From Octopus sinensis (lineage: Eukaryota), in NCBI RefSeq assembly GCF_006345805.1, contig NC_043015.1:30442001-30506000 (forward strand): a stretch of DNA of 64,000 nt, written 5' to 3'. Position numbers and translations under genes: made by a program. The notes under the pieces were generated by a model. The model saw only the letters and a program-made list of their open reading frames with translations, ran no database searches and was not told the DNA's origin. The stretch's first letter is position 1. Every line of letters starts with the position of its first letter. Below, one piece after another: positions 1 through 11,769 of this stretch.

Positions 1-148
1 GATCAAAGACATTTCAATTGGTCAGAGCTGGAATGCCTGCCTCAGATCTTGGTTCTACACAATCAGGATTGACTTAGAGCTAAATAACAACTAAAGAGGT
101 TCACGTTGAACAGTGTTCTCACACATCCCTACAATAGCAGGATAGTTG

Positions 149-462
149 TTGTTGTTTGTTTGTTCCTTCTCGAGCTATGCCTGGCTCATAAGGGCCGGTT
201 TTCCAGTATCTTGGCGTATAGGTTCCCCACCTGGATGGGACGCCAGTCTGTCGCAGGTGAGCTGCAAGATGCAGGAGGAAAGAGTGAAAGAAAGTTGTGG
301 CTTAAGAGTCAGCAGAAGTTTAGCCATTACCTTCTGCCGGAGCCGCATGGAGCTTAGGTGTTTTCACTCATAAACACACACATCGCCCGGTCTGAGATTC
401 GAACCCGCGATCCCTCAACCACGAGTCCGCTGCTCTAACCACTAGGCCATGTGCCTCCACAA
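149..462 (-). mobile_element. tRNA-derived SINE, full length
   Basis: Minus strand starts GTGGAGGCACATGGCCTAGTGGTTAGAGCAGCGGAC (A-box) and GGTTCGAATC (B-box) and ends in an (AAC)n tail; 11-bp TSD caggatagttg at 138-148 and 463-473. Confidence 0.85.
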
Positions 463-695
463 CAGGATAGTTGCAATTGAAATGTCTTTGATCATAGTTC
501 TTGGTCTAAGATGACTTGCAAGATAAACAGCAACAACAAACAAGAGTTCATATCCACTGAAGCTTTGTATTTCTTGCTGTATATCTGGAGAAAGAAACTG
601 AATTCTACATGTCTCAGATCATACTTTTTTTGGCTACAGATACCAGATCTTATGGAAATATTGCAACTGTTAGACTTGTCTTTAAAAAGAGTCAT

Positions 696-927
696 TTACC
701 TATTTCTTTACTGTCCACAAAGGGCTAAACACAGAGAGGACAGACAAGGACAGACAAACGGATTAAGTCGATTACCTCGACCCCAGTGCGTAACTGGTAC
801 TTATTTAATCGACACCGAAGGGATGAAAGGCAAAGTCGACCTCGGTGGAATTTGAACTCAGAACGTAATGGCAGACGAAATACTGCTAAGCATTTCGCCC
901 AGCGTGCTAACGATTCTGCCAGCTCAT
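696..927 (-). mobile_element. SINE family A (GAGCTGGCAGAATCGTTAGC... type)
   Basis: Near-identical to more than 10 other copies in the window, e.g. 5254-5490 and 54199-54431. Confidence 0.85.
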
Positions 928-1618
928 TAATGGTAAATTAGGCAAATTTACCATTTGCTTAATGCTACAGAGTCTGTAGCTACTCCGTGAGTTCCTGGGG
1001 GTTACAGAGATCTCGTTTATCACAATGATGTATCACAGCATGGTTGGCAGAATCAGATAAGATATTTTATGATGTTTGGTTATATTTCCTTATATTCCGA
1101 GTTTAAATCCTGTCTTGGCCAGCATTGTCTTTCCTCCTTGTACCTGTCAAAGAAATGTTACTGTAATCAGTATACAGTAATCCTTTGACTATCACAGGTG
1201 TTACATTCCAAAACCTCCTACAGAAATAATTAAAATCTAAAAAAATATAATACCTGTTGGCCACAGAAACCTACGATATACTGAGAAGTCCGCTATATAA
1301 ATTTCCATATATTAGCCAGAAAAATCTGTGATGTACTGAGTGCATGGTAGGTGAACCACTATGTACTGAGTTACGATAGGTGATTTGCGATAAGGTGAGG
1401 CATTACTGTATTTGAATGTTTTTTTTTCAGAGCAGTGCTCCAGCATGGCACATAGCTCAATGGCTGAATATAAAAGAATATAAAATCTACCAAATATTTA
1501 TAACTCCGATATTCTTCTTTACTTGTACTTGTAACAAACTATACTGACCATCTGACATGCAAACAAACACTAATCTTTTGTTTCTCTGGCAATAACCCGA
1601 TTTTGTTTATGATTTCAG

Positions 1619-1669
1619 CATTACTTATTCAAGCAGAAGATGAGTACACATATGCCTTTTATTTAGCTG
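1619..1669 (+). CDS. Internal exon of an MFS transporter (SLC16/MCT-like), TM11-TM12 loop: (A)LLIQAEDEYTYAFYLA(G)
   Basis: tttatgatttcag acceptor, G|gtaagt donor, 51 nt, phase 1-1. The peptide resembles the GxLxDxxxxYxxAFYLAG motif before the last TM helix of MCT-like MFS proteins (family call from recognition only). Confidence 0.75.
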
Positions 1670-1846
1670 GTAAGTTTCCTCATGTTATTCAAATATTTCT
1701 TATATTTTCACAATATTTTTTAAAATCCATTCTCAGCATTACTCTGAGTAATCGAGAATTTAATTTAATTTTTTGTTTTTTTCTATCTCAATATCAAGAG
1801 GAAGTGCAGTGAATTGGCTACAATTGGCTAATTGGCATAGTCATTC

Positions 1847-1975
1847 ATCATCATCATCATCGTTTGACGTCCGTTTTCCGCGCTAGCACGGGTTGGACGG
1901 TTCGACCGGGGTCTGGGAAGCCAGGGGGGTCCGGCATCGGCCACGATCGGTTGGAGCTTTTAACGTGCCATTAGA
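1847..1975 (-). mobile_element. SINE family C fragment ((GAT)n-tailed)
   Basis: catcatcatcgtttgacgtccgttttcc... matches the copies at 3312, 15690, 41040 and 53500. Confidence 0.75.
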
Positions 1976-3311
1976 GGACAGAATAAAATACCGTGTAGTT
2001 TTTGTTCTGACTTTCTACACTCTGAGTTCCAAACCATTCCAAGATACTTTACACTCTGAGTTTTGGAATGGTAGACATAATCCGTGCAACATTACCTCCT
2101 CATCTTTGGATGCTTTTAATGGATTTCTTTCTGTTGCAAACCATTCAGATCAAGTCCCCGGTTTTTTTATGATCAATTCATCCCACCAAAAGATGAAGGG
2201 TCAGAGACACAGCCTTTCCTTCTCTTGCTAAGCAGCATCATCATCATTTAATGTCTACCTGTCCCTGCTTGCATGAATCAGGCAGAATTTGTTGTTTTTC
2301 CAGCTGGATGCCTTTCCTGTTGCCAACTCTCACCTGTTTCCAACCAAAGTAATATTTATTATTGTTGTTGTTATAATTATATTAAGATATTGAGGTATCC
2401 TCAAACCAAAGGCTTGGTTTTAATGCTTATTAGAGTGTACTCTGTTAAAGATATCCAAAGGCCAAATGATAATTGATATTAAATCCAGGCAACAAACAAA
2501 ATGAAAAAATAAAAAAGGAGCAATCCATCGATTTTTCTACAGTTTCTGTTGACTGAATATTATTAACAAGACTTTAGTTAACGCATGGTTATGGTAGAAC
2601 ATACTTGCTCAGAGTCTCAGGATTGAACCTGGAATCGAGTGGTTGTGAAGGAAATTTCTTAACTACGCAGCTGTGCCTGTACCTCCCTTTAGATTACCTC
2701 TCATAATTATTTTGATTTCCTTCACTTATCTTCCAGGGAAAGATCAGGCACTTAACTGTAAGATTAAAATCTGAACCTTAAACTGAAAGATTAAAAAAAG
2801 TTGCATCTTAAATTGATGTCCCATATTTACTGATGTGGAATATGTCAGAATACATGAAGACTTAATTTACTGTTGATGTATTTAATTGAAGAATCATCAG
2901 CAAACTAAATACATAAAATTATGGGCTAAGGAAAAAAAAAAAAGAAGAAAAGAAATGGAGCAAATAATGTCCCATAACTCACCAAAACTTTTGTCATTAT
3001 TTAGTAATTTAAGAGAAGTCGCATAAGAGTAATCTCCCTTAGCATACAAACAGTTAATAATTTCCTTCATCTGAGAATAGCAGCGAGGATATTACCTGAC
3101 ATGCCTGATGTAGAACACCAAAAAATATAAGTTATAGAAAAATTTTACCTTTGTTAATGAGAAAATATAAACGACTAATTATATTTGGGGATGGTCATAT
3201 TTTTTGCTAATTAACCACATGCACTGTATATTTGGTTTTCACTTCAGCATTATTATTATTATTATTCAAATTCTGATAAAAACTAGACAATTTCTATCAA
3301 ATTATTGATCC

Positions 3312-3624
3312 ATCATCATCATCATCATCGTTTAACGTCCGTTCTCCATGCTAGCATGGGTTGGACGGTTCGACCAGGGATCTGGGAAGCCAGGAGGCTG
3401 CACCAGTCTCCGGTCTTATCTGGCAATGTTTCTACAGCTGGATGCCCTTCCTAACGCCAACCACTCCGTGAGTGTAGTGGGTGCTTTTTACGTGCCAGGC
3501 GAGGAGCACTGGAGCCAGGCGAGGCTGGCATCAGCCGCGGTGGGATTGGTGCAGTTACGTGTCACCTGCACGGAAGCCAGTCAAGGCGGCACTGGCTTCG
3601 GCCACGATTCGGATGGTGCTTTTT
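3312..3624 (-). mobile_element. SINE family C
   Basis: (CAT)n followed by cgtttaacgtcc...ggatgcccttcctaacgccaaccactcc, shared with other copies. Confidence 0.85.
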
Positions 3625-3685
3625 ATCTATATATAATCACAAAACAGCTGAAATAATTGTTGCATATATTTTTTTTTGTCCTTAG

Positions 3686-3869
3686 GTGCCTGTCTGCTGA
3701 CCAGTGCCACCATTATGGTTCTCTTTAAGTACAGACAGTGTGGATCACCGACACATTTGACCCCTTCTGAACACAAGACACCATTAATGAACACTTCCAA
3801 CGGTACTGCCACTAAATGTCCAGATCCTACCACAACCTATCGGTACTATGAGGAAGATCATATGGTTAT
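3686..3869 (+). CDS. Exon of the MFS/MCT-like transporter: last TM helix and cytoplasmic tail (G)ACLLTSATIMVLFKYRQ...YEEDHMV(M)
   Basis: T-rich acceptor ttttttgtccttag; phase 1 joins exon 1619-1669; ends AT|gtaagt (phase 2). Read-through gives ATG TAA with the stop at 3873. Confidence 0.8.
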
Positions 3870-4149
3870 GTAAGTACTCACCAAAGTCTTTTTGTCTTTG
3901 ACTCATTCTCCTATGAGGTTCTATGCTCCTTGGCTGATTTTGGAAGCAATCGTCCATTTTGGTGTTTCTTCTTTTCTTAGTCTTTCCCAATCTGCTTTGT
4001 TGTTGTTCTTCTTCTTAACCTATTTACATCTGTTTTACCTCAACTAACATAAGATTTCAAATTTTCTGCAAGTTGTCATATTTTGCATGAATCATCTAAG
4101 GAATCTTTATTAAGAATTGGTATGACCTTTTCCAAACTCTGAGCAAACA

Positions 4150-4695
4150 ACTACAAAAAGTCTTTGGATGCCAACCTGCCTGTGACCACTTCTGGTTCTC
4201 TGAGACAAATTTCATGTCGTTTTAACCCCTTACCCGGCAGAAACGAATATATGCGTTTTGACCGAAATCGTTTTTTTCTATCTCTGGCGAGTTAACTCGT
4301 CAAAAGATAGACTCACCAAAATCGACAGCAAACGAGTTCCTTCGTCCAAAAACGGGTTAACTCATTTCTGCCCAAAGCGGTAATTTAAAATCAATATTAT
4401 TGAATTAAAATTCATAATAAATAAGGTTTGAAATATACCTCGAAATCACCATTCAAAACATAGTAAAATAAAACAATTAAAAAATATGTCTGAAAAAATA
4501 CATTTATTTTGAAAATAATTGTTGGGTAAGGGGTTAAAGTGACCTAAATTAAAACTTCCACCAAACTTTCATGTTATGTTCCAAACACCAGTTTAGTAAC
4601 ACCAAAGTTGTTTTACTGAATTCTTTGTTATTTTCAAAATTAATCGAAAAAAAGCAGTATTTGCCAACAGAAGTTTGGTAATGAAAAGGTTAACC
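4150..4695 (-). mobile_element. TTAA-type (piggyBac-like) MITE, host copy interrupted by a second MITE
   Basis: The pieces at 4150-4225 and 4534-4695 are the reverse complement of the element family at 25186-25635 and 39899-40325; ends aaaaggttaa. Confidence 0.55.
4226..4533. mobile_element. piggyBac-like MITE
   Basis: TIR CCCCTTACCC at both ends, TTAA TSD at 4222-4225 and 4534-4537; CpG-rich interior suggests a young copy. Confidence 0.8.
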
Positions 4696-5253
4696 TATTT
4701 ATAACAAAAGAAGGCCTTAGCTTCCCAAAGAGTACATACAGTATAATATTTTCTGTAAAATGTGGATTTTTGATGACCAAGTCATTTTGATGTTTTGACC
4801 TATTAGTTTCTTCCCCTGGTCTTGATTTTCAGTTCATTCAATGTGGCTGACTTTGCCTGTTGTTTCATTTGGTCTTGTTTATGTTATTAATATGCTACGG
4901 CTACAGAACAGACGTTACATTTTTGGTCTTGATTTGTGACCTGCAAGACAATATGCATGTTACTAATCACACATCATGAAATTAATTAATTGATAAATTA
5001 TTACTAACAGCTAACTTCTGTTTCACAGAATCACTCATTACTGTGCTCAGAAAAGCCTAGAAACAAATAAGAACATTTCTATGCACTCACATCCTATAAT
5101 CTTAAATAAAGGATACATTGAACAAATGTAGTTTTAGCTATACAAAAACGACAAGAGGGTCACAGCTGGATGGTTTTTGATCAAGGCTAACCTTGGGCTA
5201 ATGCCAAACAACTAATGTCATTAGTTACTGGAAAACTTTTAACCAAGATGATT

Positions 5254-5490
5254 TCTTATTTCTTTATTGCCCACAAGGGGCTAAACATAGAGGGAACAAA
5301 CAAGGACAGACAAAGGGATTAAGTCAATTACATCAACCCCAGTGTGTAACTGGTACTTAATTTATCGACCCCGAAAGGATGAAAGGCTAAGTCGACCTCG
5401 ACGGAATTTGAACTCAGAACGTAAAGACAGACGAAATACTGCTAAGCCTTTCGCTTGGTGTGCTCACGATTCTGCCAGCTCGTCGCCTTT
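5254..5490 (-). mobile_element. SINE family A
   Basis: Full-length match to the other copies. Confidence 0.85.
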
Positions 5491-5509
5491 CTGTCAGAAA
5501 ACAATGTGA

Positions 5510-5715
5510 TGTATGGCAGTGAAAGCTGGCCTACAGTCTGATTGTTGTATAACAGTGAAAGGTAGAGGAGCTGCAGTGTGACGCTGTACGGCAGCGAAGA
5601 TAGAGGACCACTGTGTGCTTATTGTATGACAGCAAAGGTAGAGGACCCACAGTGTAATGTATGACATTTGGGATATAGGGACCACAGCCTGATGTTGTAT
5701 GACAGTAGAAGTAAA
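5510..5715. repeat. Degenerate minisatellite, about 37-40 bp unit
   Basis: Recurring gtagaggacc(c)acagtgtga...tgtatgacagc units, about 5-6 copies. Confidence 0.6.
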
Positions 5716-6384
5716 GTAAATATATAATGAGAATGAAAGCATAGCATAGCATTTTTATGCAGAGATGTATATTAGTTGAAAAGACTATGGAAAGTATCTG
5801 GGGAGATAACTCAGGACTAAACCAAATTGGGCAAACCTGGTAATTTTCATTTGGTAAAATAAGACATATTTCGTCAAGAAACAATACACTGAGAATGTAT
5901 TCAAGTGTCTTATTTATTCTGTTATAAAATTATATATCAAACTTACAAGTGGAATTCAACATGGTTTTTCGATCTGCTTGAAATCACAGCCAAATCATCA
6001 TTAATTCATTATTGTCTTAAAAAAGGACGATAGACGATGTCTTGAAAAGATAGGATAATCACAGCCGGAATACTGTTGGTCAGAAATCAATCAATGCTGA
6101 GCTGGGTTAATTAATCAACAAGAGCAAAGAATATCAAATTGATTCCAGCTTGTGACTTTGTGAATGTACGTTGTAGTAGTAGTGGTGGTGGTGGTGGTGT
6201 TGGGACCAGTTCCGTCTTTGACTATTGTTGTATGGCTGACTGCATGCTCTGGTTGTTCTCTGCACTGTGAGGGCATCTGGTGAAAAGCTATTGTCTGTTT
6301 GGTCTTTTCGACTATTGGCAGACATCAGAATATGTGTACAAATACACACACAACACTCACACACGGAACCACGAATCCAATATT

Positions 6385-6433
6385 CATATGTATGTATGTA
6401 TATATATATATGTATGTATGTATATGATGTATG

Positions 6434-6468
<35 letters not shown>

Positions 6469-6670
6469 GTATGTATATATATATATATATATGTATGTAT
6501 ATATATATGTGTGTGTATATATATATATATGTATATGTATGTATGTATATATATATATGTATATGTATGTATATATATATATGTGTATATATATATATAT
6601 GTATATATATATATGTATGTATATATATATATGTATATATATATATGTGTATATATATATGTGTGTGTGT

Positions 6671-6703
<33 letters not shown>
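6385..6703. repeat. (TA)n/(TATG)n compound microsatellite
   Basis: Direct reading; explains the YI/HI-rich ORFs at 6134-6856. Confidence 0.95.
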
Positions 6704-6705
<2 letters not shown>

Positions 6706-7000
6706 ACCAAACTTTGGCATTGCCAGTTACACAAACAGCAGGACAGGGTGCCACTGCATAGTGCCAAAAATCCCAACATTGGCATCACGATACAGGACCA
6801 GATACTGCAACAGCTTGGGCTTCAAGATCCCACAGCTCTTTAATATCCGCCCATAAATCCTGAGGGTCCTGAATGGTGTGGATGTAGGCATTTTCAAAAC
6901 AAAACTGGATCTCTTTCTGTCAAGAGTTCTGGATGACCCTACCCCAAGGCAAGAAACACAGATGAAGGCTGCAACATCAAACACCCTCGTTCATTTCATC
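6704..7000 (+). mobile_element. CR1-clade LINE ORF2 3' fragment
   Basis: Translates as ...[31 protein letters not shown]...DVGIFKTKLDLFLSRVLDDPT..., typical of a CR1-clade ORF2 C-terminus; frameshifted. Confidence 0.7.
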
Positions 7001-7094
7001 AGAAGAGGTTTAGTGAAAGGAAAGCAAACGGCAGTGCCCCAGCATGGCCACAGCCCTCAGGCTGAAACGATAAAAAAAACTATACACATATATG

Positions 7095-7136
<42 letters not shown>

Positions 7137-7495
7137 GGTTTCAACATGGTTGGTGTCTACCAAATTCACTGAGGCATTGGTTAGCCTGGGGATATAGTAG
7201 AAGACACTTGCCCAAGGTGCTACCCTGAAACCACATGTTTGTAAAGTGAGCTTCTTAATCCCACACCTATACCTGTGTCTGATAGCAAACCTTTTGCTCT
7301 CAGCATGTTGAAATTTTAATTCCTTGGATAATCCTATTAATTGGAATATCATGCAAGTGCTTATTGGATAAGTTTTTCATAACATGATATTGCAAGGAGA
7401 TTTTTTTTTTCCTCCAGGGTCCATGATATATCATCTAAAATACCACACCATGTCACTGGTGACACACATGTCATAGTCTATGTCACCAGTCTTGA

Positions 7496-7706
7496 CCCTT
7501 TAGCATTTAAACCAGCCAAAAGTATTCTGCCTGTTTTATGTCCAAACTGGCCAGATTTTGTCTCTCACACCAACCCTACACTATCGTTTTAAAAATTAAC
7601 AGCTACCTCATCAAAATCTCATAGCTCCAAGATAATGCATGATTAGTTCAAAACAAAGTGGACGAAAAAGGATTAATTTTGGTAGAATAATGCGAACACT
7701 AAAGGG
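7496..7706. mobile_element. TTAA-type MITE (CCCTTTAG TIR)
   Basis: ccctttag...ctaaaggg termini flanked by ttga/ttaa; same family as 13689-13916 and 32253-32472. Confidence 0.7.
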
Positions 7707-8031
7707 TTAATGTATTAAATCAGCATTTAATTAACGAGATCATCATCAGGGTTACCAAGAACACTGCCATTTGTAAGATTTTTATATGTTTATTAAGGAC
7801 ATTACCATTTGGCATTAAAGATATCAGAATGTTCATTGATTGAGAATACTGCCATTTGAACCATTAAGGATATCAAATATCAGGATATTATATTATAGTA
7901 AGAATTAAAATCTTCCTTGTCAGATTCAAACCTTTGTTCTTTGTTGTAGACAGTTATGTTTCCTTCAGTGTGTAACTATGTTTTCTGTCAGATATATGTT
8001 AAGGGAACATATTTTCTCCTATTACTAACAG

Positions 8032-8086
8032 GCAAAAATCTGGAATGTACAGTTTATCAGCGTCAACAGAAACAAACCCGGAACTG
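8032..8086 (+). CDS. Exon of the MFS/MCT-like transporter tail: (M)QKSGMYSLSASTETNPEL
   Basis: ttttctcctattactaacag acceptor, CTG|gtgagt donor, 55 nt, phase 2-0, in frame with 3686-3869. Confidence 0.75.
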
Positions 8087-8973
8087 GTGAGTCACACACA
8101 CACGCACACAGACTCAGATCTACTACTCACAGCACTTTTGTCATTGCATTTCCATTGTCGTTATTTTGCTAATTAATCATTCATTCAGCTTCTGTCTTTG
8201 GTGTCAGCATAGAACTAATTTTTTTTTTGGTTATTGCTGTTGTTGTACTTGGTGTTGTTATTGTTTCGGTATTGGATTTTTTTTTTTTTTGTTTTTTGTT
8301 TTAGAGATTTATTTTTGGTTGATTTGTGTGTGTGTTTGATTTCTTTGAATATTCAATTTTTCTTTTTTTTTTTTTTTTTGAGATTTTTTTTTTTATATTC
8401 TTGATAATATTTACAGATACTGTTTTATATCAATGTTGTCATTATTATTGTTAATGTTGTGGTGAGGGCAGCAGTAGCAGTAATGGTTTCTCAGTGAATC
8501 AAATCTAAATCTGCCATCTGGTTTCACTCTCAGTTGAGACTGCTTTTCTTTGCTTATATCACTAAGACTGTGCCTTTGTAATAAACAAGGGAGTTGTGCT
8601 GAGAAATATATAAACTTTATATCCAGTATACACAATTCAGGCAGCGTGTAAGTAAAATAACCATCCATGTATCATACATAGTATATACGCAGTTGATAGG
8701 CCAGTTACTGCAGTATTTAACCTAAGATAACATCTTTTATGGATTTGCTGTGTTAAAAACACAATATATATCAGAACAGAGGCCAGCAAGTACATTAGAT
8801 GCATTTCGTCCCTTTTAGGCCTTTTCAGTGGCAAGTACTTCTAGCCAGCCACATGCTCAACCAACAGGACAAATACTGAAGTAACTAACCTATCAAACAG
8901 TAGTATGCATACATAAAGTATGTTTTATAGATAGCTATAGAGTAAGCTGTGGTATCATGTGAAAGCTATAGAT

Positions 8974-9284
8974 CAGGGGTTCTCAACCTTTTTGTATCTA
9001 TTGACCCCTTTGATTACTAATTTATTCTGGTGGACCCCCATAGCCATTTGATGTTTAGAAACTTCCAAAATTCTTATTTTGTTTTTCACGCATTGACTTG
9101 TATAGGTTGAACTATGTAAAATGTTAGAGAAAGGAACCTAGCTGTTTCTTGCAATACATATCAATATGTACATCTGAAGCATAATTTTTTCAGGGGTCCT
9201 TCAAGTACTATTGTGGATCCCCAATTTACTATTTGCTTGCATGGACCCCAAAACTCTTATATGGACCCTGGTTGAGCACCACTG
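8974..9284. mobile_element. hAT (Charlie-like) MITE
   Basis: 15-bp TIR CAGGGGTTCTCAACC / GGTTGAGCACCACTG (2 mismatches); 8-bp TSD ctatagat/ctataaat. Confidence 0.85.
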
Positions 9285-9459
9285 CTATAAATGGTTAAAT
9301 TGACAAGGCATCTGGCCACCAAGTAAGCAAGTGGTCAGCAGTTCAGATTTCATTATTGAAATCTGTCCATAGTCAAAACATTTATTCATTCAATCATTTG
9401 GACAGGGCATCATTTTTTATTTTATTTGCATTCTTGTATAGGTTAGAAAAATACATATC

Positions 9460-10405
9460 ATTTTAATATCCTCATGGGATTTCCTGTGAGGGAGCCATCA
9501 TTTTGGGAGAGTGGTCCTATCTTGTGGCATATTGAGGCTGTTACTTTGGCAAACTTAAAGAAAGCTTTAGGGTTTGACTTGATATTTTCTATAATCCAAG
9601 CTTCTTTAGCTGCTCTCGCCTTTTCATGAGACTGAAGCCGATTTTTCTCAATCTCCAATGGTGCTGTCTCCAGGCAAGACTTCTCACCACTTTTGAGTTG
9701 CTTGCTCAGGCAGTTTGCAATCTTTGTCGTCTCATAAGAATCTTCCTTTCTCTAGGAATCCTATTTTTGTGTATGTTGGCCTTGTACAATGGGACAGATT
9801 TATCACATATGGCTTGTATTATGGACATGAAATGTTTGCGTTTCATGTCAATGTCTGGTGTGGAGAGACATTTAGGCCAATCTTGCCTGAGGATCTGTTT
9901 CTCAATCAACTTCCAATTTGCTTTATGAAAATTTAGTTTGGAGAGATTTTAGATGCTTCATATAGGCTGTGTGTCTGCAGGAGGTTGTGGTCCATACACA
10001 GACAGCTCTGTTATGTTGTGATCTGAAAGCAGTGTCAGAGTCACTTTAACATTATGGATAATGTCCAACTTGTTTGTGAAGCAGAGATCCAGTATATTAT
10101 TTGCCCTGGTTAGTTGTAGCACAATTTGCTCCATTAAAGAAACATTAGTAAGGTGGAGCAGAGACTCTGCCTGTGCTTGCTGTTGGTGTGTCATTCCTAG
10201 GAGAATATGGCCCCCAGGCCATCTCACATTGGGGAGGTTAAAGTCACCCAATAGAAATACATTGGTGTGTTGTTCCAGTTTGGTGAGAACACCTCCTATC
10301 CTGGTTCAGGACAAATGTTGCTGTAATTTAGCCTCAAGAGACATCATCTGCAGCTGGCTATACAACAAGATCTGTCTCCTTATATTTTTGAACAAGAGAA
10401 TGTAG
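9460..10405 (-). mobile_element. CR1-clade LINE ORF2 fragment (APE endonuclease C-terminus and linker)
   Basis: GDFNLPNVRW...TRANNILDLCFTN...LSDHN endonuclease motifs, then ...ENIKSNPKAFFKFAK...IGPL; broken by frameshifts. Confidence 0.85.
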
Positions 10406-10469
10406 CACTCCCACTCAGCTCAAAACAATATCTGTGTATTGGGATTTCCGGGTTATTTCCCTTCATCAG

Positions 10470-11196
10470 CACAGAATAACTGTTCAGCTTGAGGTGGCAC
10501 TGCTAAATTCCTGTTCGAACTATATAGTTTTCAAAATGACAACTAATCACTGATCTATAAGTTACAGCAACGTTCGTCCTAAACCAGGACTGCCATGTTA
10601 TGATGGCAAAAATCTTTACTCCAAAGTACTGTTACTGAATATCTCTCGTTGTGAGATTTAAAAATAGTAATTTTCTAATTTATAGATGTGTTCATTCACC
10701 ATTCGAACAAAATGGCCACACCATCTCACTTGGTTCCTCAAAATCATAGCTTTAATTGAGGTGATGCCTGCAGATGCAAGGACATCTGTGTTTGGAGTAA
10801 GAGAACTCCATTTAATGTTTAAAATGTGATGAAGGCATTTTTGGTAGAATTGTTCCATCAATTATAAATGCCTTTCATAACAAGTCCATGTTACACAAGA
10901 ATGCAACAGGAAAGATAAGACAAAGGATTTGTAAAGAGCCAGTTTTTTATTCTTATTTATATGTCACTGACACCAGACACGTGGCTCCAAACTACCAAAT
11001 GCTTTTGCTGCCCCGTGAATTCACAGCTGTATTTCTGTATCAAGATTTCCATCCTTTTGTACAGAGCTTCCAAAGTAGATGAACGAATCGACAACCTCAA
11101 GTAACTTACCCTTAACAAAAGTTTTAGAGGGGTTACAAACAGCACCACATGCAGGTTGAAGCATTACAACTGGGTTTTTTTCAAGTTGATGATCAA
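10470..11196 (-). mobile_element. RTE-clade (BovB-like) LINE RT/thumb fragment
   Basis: LIINLKKTQ, LEVVDSFIYFGS, LMEQFYQKCLHHILNIKW, QVRWCGHFVRM, with several stops and frameshifts. Confidence 0.85.
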
Positions 11197-11341
11197 GCAA
11201 AGGGAAGCCATCCTTCCCATCGTCAACCTACGTGATACGCACGGACTTGAGTTTCTGGGTATTGACCTGTCATCAGTGCACGACAACTTGAGTCCGTGCG
11301 TATCACGTAGGTTGACGATGGGAAGGATGGCTTCCCTTTGC
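11197..11341. repeat. Inverted repeat, 51-bp perfect arms, 43-nt spacer
   Basis: 11197-11247 is the exact reverse complement of 11291-11341. Confidence 0.95.
11238..11282 (-). ncRNA. Degenerate minimal type I hammerhead ribozyme motif
   Basis: Minus strand CGTGCA-CTGATGA-caggtcaataccca-GAAAC-tcaa-GTC-CGTGCG; stem I pairs 5/6 including two G.U, stem II is GGT/caat/ACC. Confidence 0.5.
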
Positions 11342-11769
11342 AAATGCCGATGGGGCACAGAAAGTGTGTCAATAACCAACTGGAGAAGATATTCTCCTGG
11401 GGCTACAAGCTACAGTAGCATCCACCCTTAGTGGTTAGCCATATTTAGATGGCAAATATATTTCACATTGTCGTGCAGTTACTGTCTATACCTCGTTGAG
11501 AGATTTATTATTGCTATATATATATGTATATATACATGTGTGTATGTATGTATGTACATATGTGTATGTGTGTATATATATGTGTGTGTGTGTGTGTATG
11601 TATGCATGTATATATGTGTATGTATATATATGTATGTATATATGTGTGTGTGTGTGTGCATATATATATGTATGTGTATATCTGGATATATTATACAAAA
11701 TATTCCATAATTATACAAACAATTATAATATGTATATAATTATAGAATATTTTGTATAATCATCTTTCT

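Noticed and set aside
5510-5715. Repeat-spacer-like pattern (also the triple unit at 15690-15840) considered as CRISPR
   Set aside because: The units are diverged tandem copies without unique spacers, the context is eukaryotic, there are no cas genes, and the second case is internal to a SINE.
6134-6856. Long ORFs rich in Y/I/H/C/V (likewise at 11.5, 12.1, 22.3, 35, 42.5, 43.5 and 46.2 kb)
   Set aside because: Translations of (TA)n/(CA)n/(TATC)n microsatellites, open in several frames on both strands.
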